DNA of 64,000 nucleotides from Aulosira sp. ZfuVER01 (lineage in GTDB: Bacteria; Cyanobacteriota; Cyanobacteriia; Cyanobacteriales; Nostocaceae), in assembly GCA_034530615.2 (NCBI GenBank), contig JAVRCV020000053.1, positions 1 through 64,000 of the forward strand, written 5' to 3'. The translations under genes were made by a program, and so were the position numbers. Under the pieces are notes generated by a model. That model saw only the letters and a program-made list of their open reading frames with translations, ran no database searches and was not told the DNA's origin. This document shows positions 63,325-64,000 of the stretch, one piece after another (positions within the stretch are counted from its first letter, which is position 1; each line of letters starts with the position of its first letter).

Positions 63325-63769
63325 ACTAAGTATTGTTTACTAGAGAATTTCTCAATTTTGCTGTGGTTGTCAATGTAAAAAAATTGCATTACAAACCCAG
63401 CTATTTCAAAAATTAAAGAGATTTAGCTATTCACAATAGTTTGTACGGTTTCATACATATAAAACTCTAATTATAAAGATGATTTTATTAAATTTACAAC
63501 TCTAGATGTAAACAACAAAATCAACGTTAAAACTTTTGACAGACACAACATTGTAGCTCTTGATAGAGCCTAAGAAATTTGGTTATTAGCTATAAAATTA
63601 CATAGAACACAGGTTCACTACTTACAGTTGTGAATTAAAACCCTATTTTTTTATTGGAGTAAAAGCAATTCTCATCTTAACGGTAACAGGCAATAGTTTT
63701 TCAATTAACGAATTTGTGTTTTATGGCTATGTTACGCAAAGAATTATCTAGGGAGAGGTTGTCAAGGAA

Positions 63770-63985
63770 ATGGCTATAAGTATTTTAGGAAACCCTAAGT
63801 TTTGTGAAGGACAGATGGTAGAGTTTATCGGTGGAGAAGGCCTCATCAAAAAGTACCGATTTGAGCCAAGTAGCTGGCTTTATTTAGTGGAGATGCCGAT
63901 AAAAACAGATCCAGATATTGACAGAGTTGGCTATGAAACCATGATTTGGTTAGCGGAGACAGATATCTTTCCCTCTGTCCAATAG
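63770..63985 (+). CDS. Small hypothetical protein
   Basis: 71-aa ATG ORF with AAGGA RBS; PKFCEGQMVEFIGGEG. Confidence 0.75.
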   Translation: MAISILGNPKFCEGQMVEFIGGEGLIKKYRFEPSSWLYLVEMPIKTDPDIDRVGYETMIWLAETDIFPSVQ

Positions 63986-64000
63986 TTTTTCTCATAAAGC

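Overview
64 kb of AT-rich chromosome from a heterocyst-forming cyanobacterium (Nostocales-like). The evidence is frequent HIP1 octamers (GCGATCGC), heptamer STRR arrays, ccmP, ycf46/ycf35 and a Uma2 gene. Most of the window is core or ordinary accessory genes: a signalling cluster (multi-PAS hybrid kinase, REC-HK, Ser/Thr kinase-AAA-GAF-HK), a GH65-beta-phosphoglucomutase fusion, trpB, two pstSCAB operons plus a third pstB, a delta-9 desaturase, an FdhF/YdeP-FdhD pair and glpK/glpD. I saw no rRNA, tRNA, CRISPR array or intact transposase. The most notable observations are: (1) a TetR regulator fused to an apparently inactivated tyrosine-recombinase domain, divergent from desC across two palindromic operators; (2) an ArsR with a C-terminal Cys-Cys pair heading a second pst operon; (3) two families of short MITE-like elements with verifiable target-site duplications (TNA and CTAG) that carry a shared nested 50-bp cassette, one copy disrupting an aspartic protease gene; (4) an orphan Nif11-leader peptide and a frameshifted integrase relic between glpK and glpD; (5) small genes missing from the ORF track and a candidate sRNA. 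Product calls come from motif recognition only; no database searches were run.
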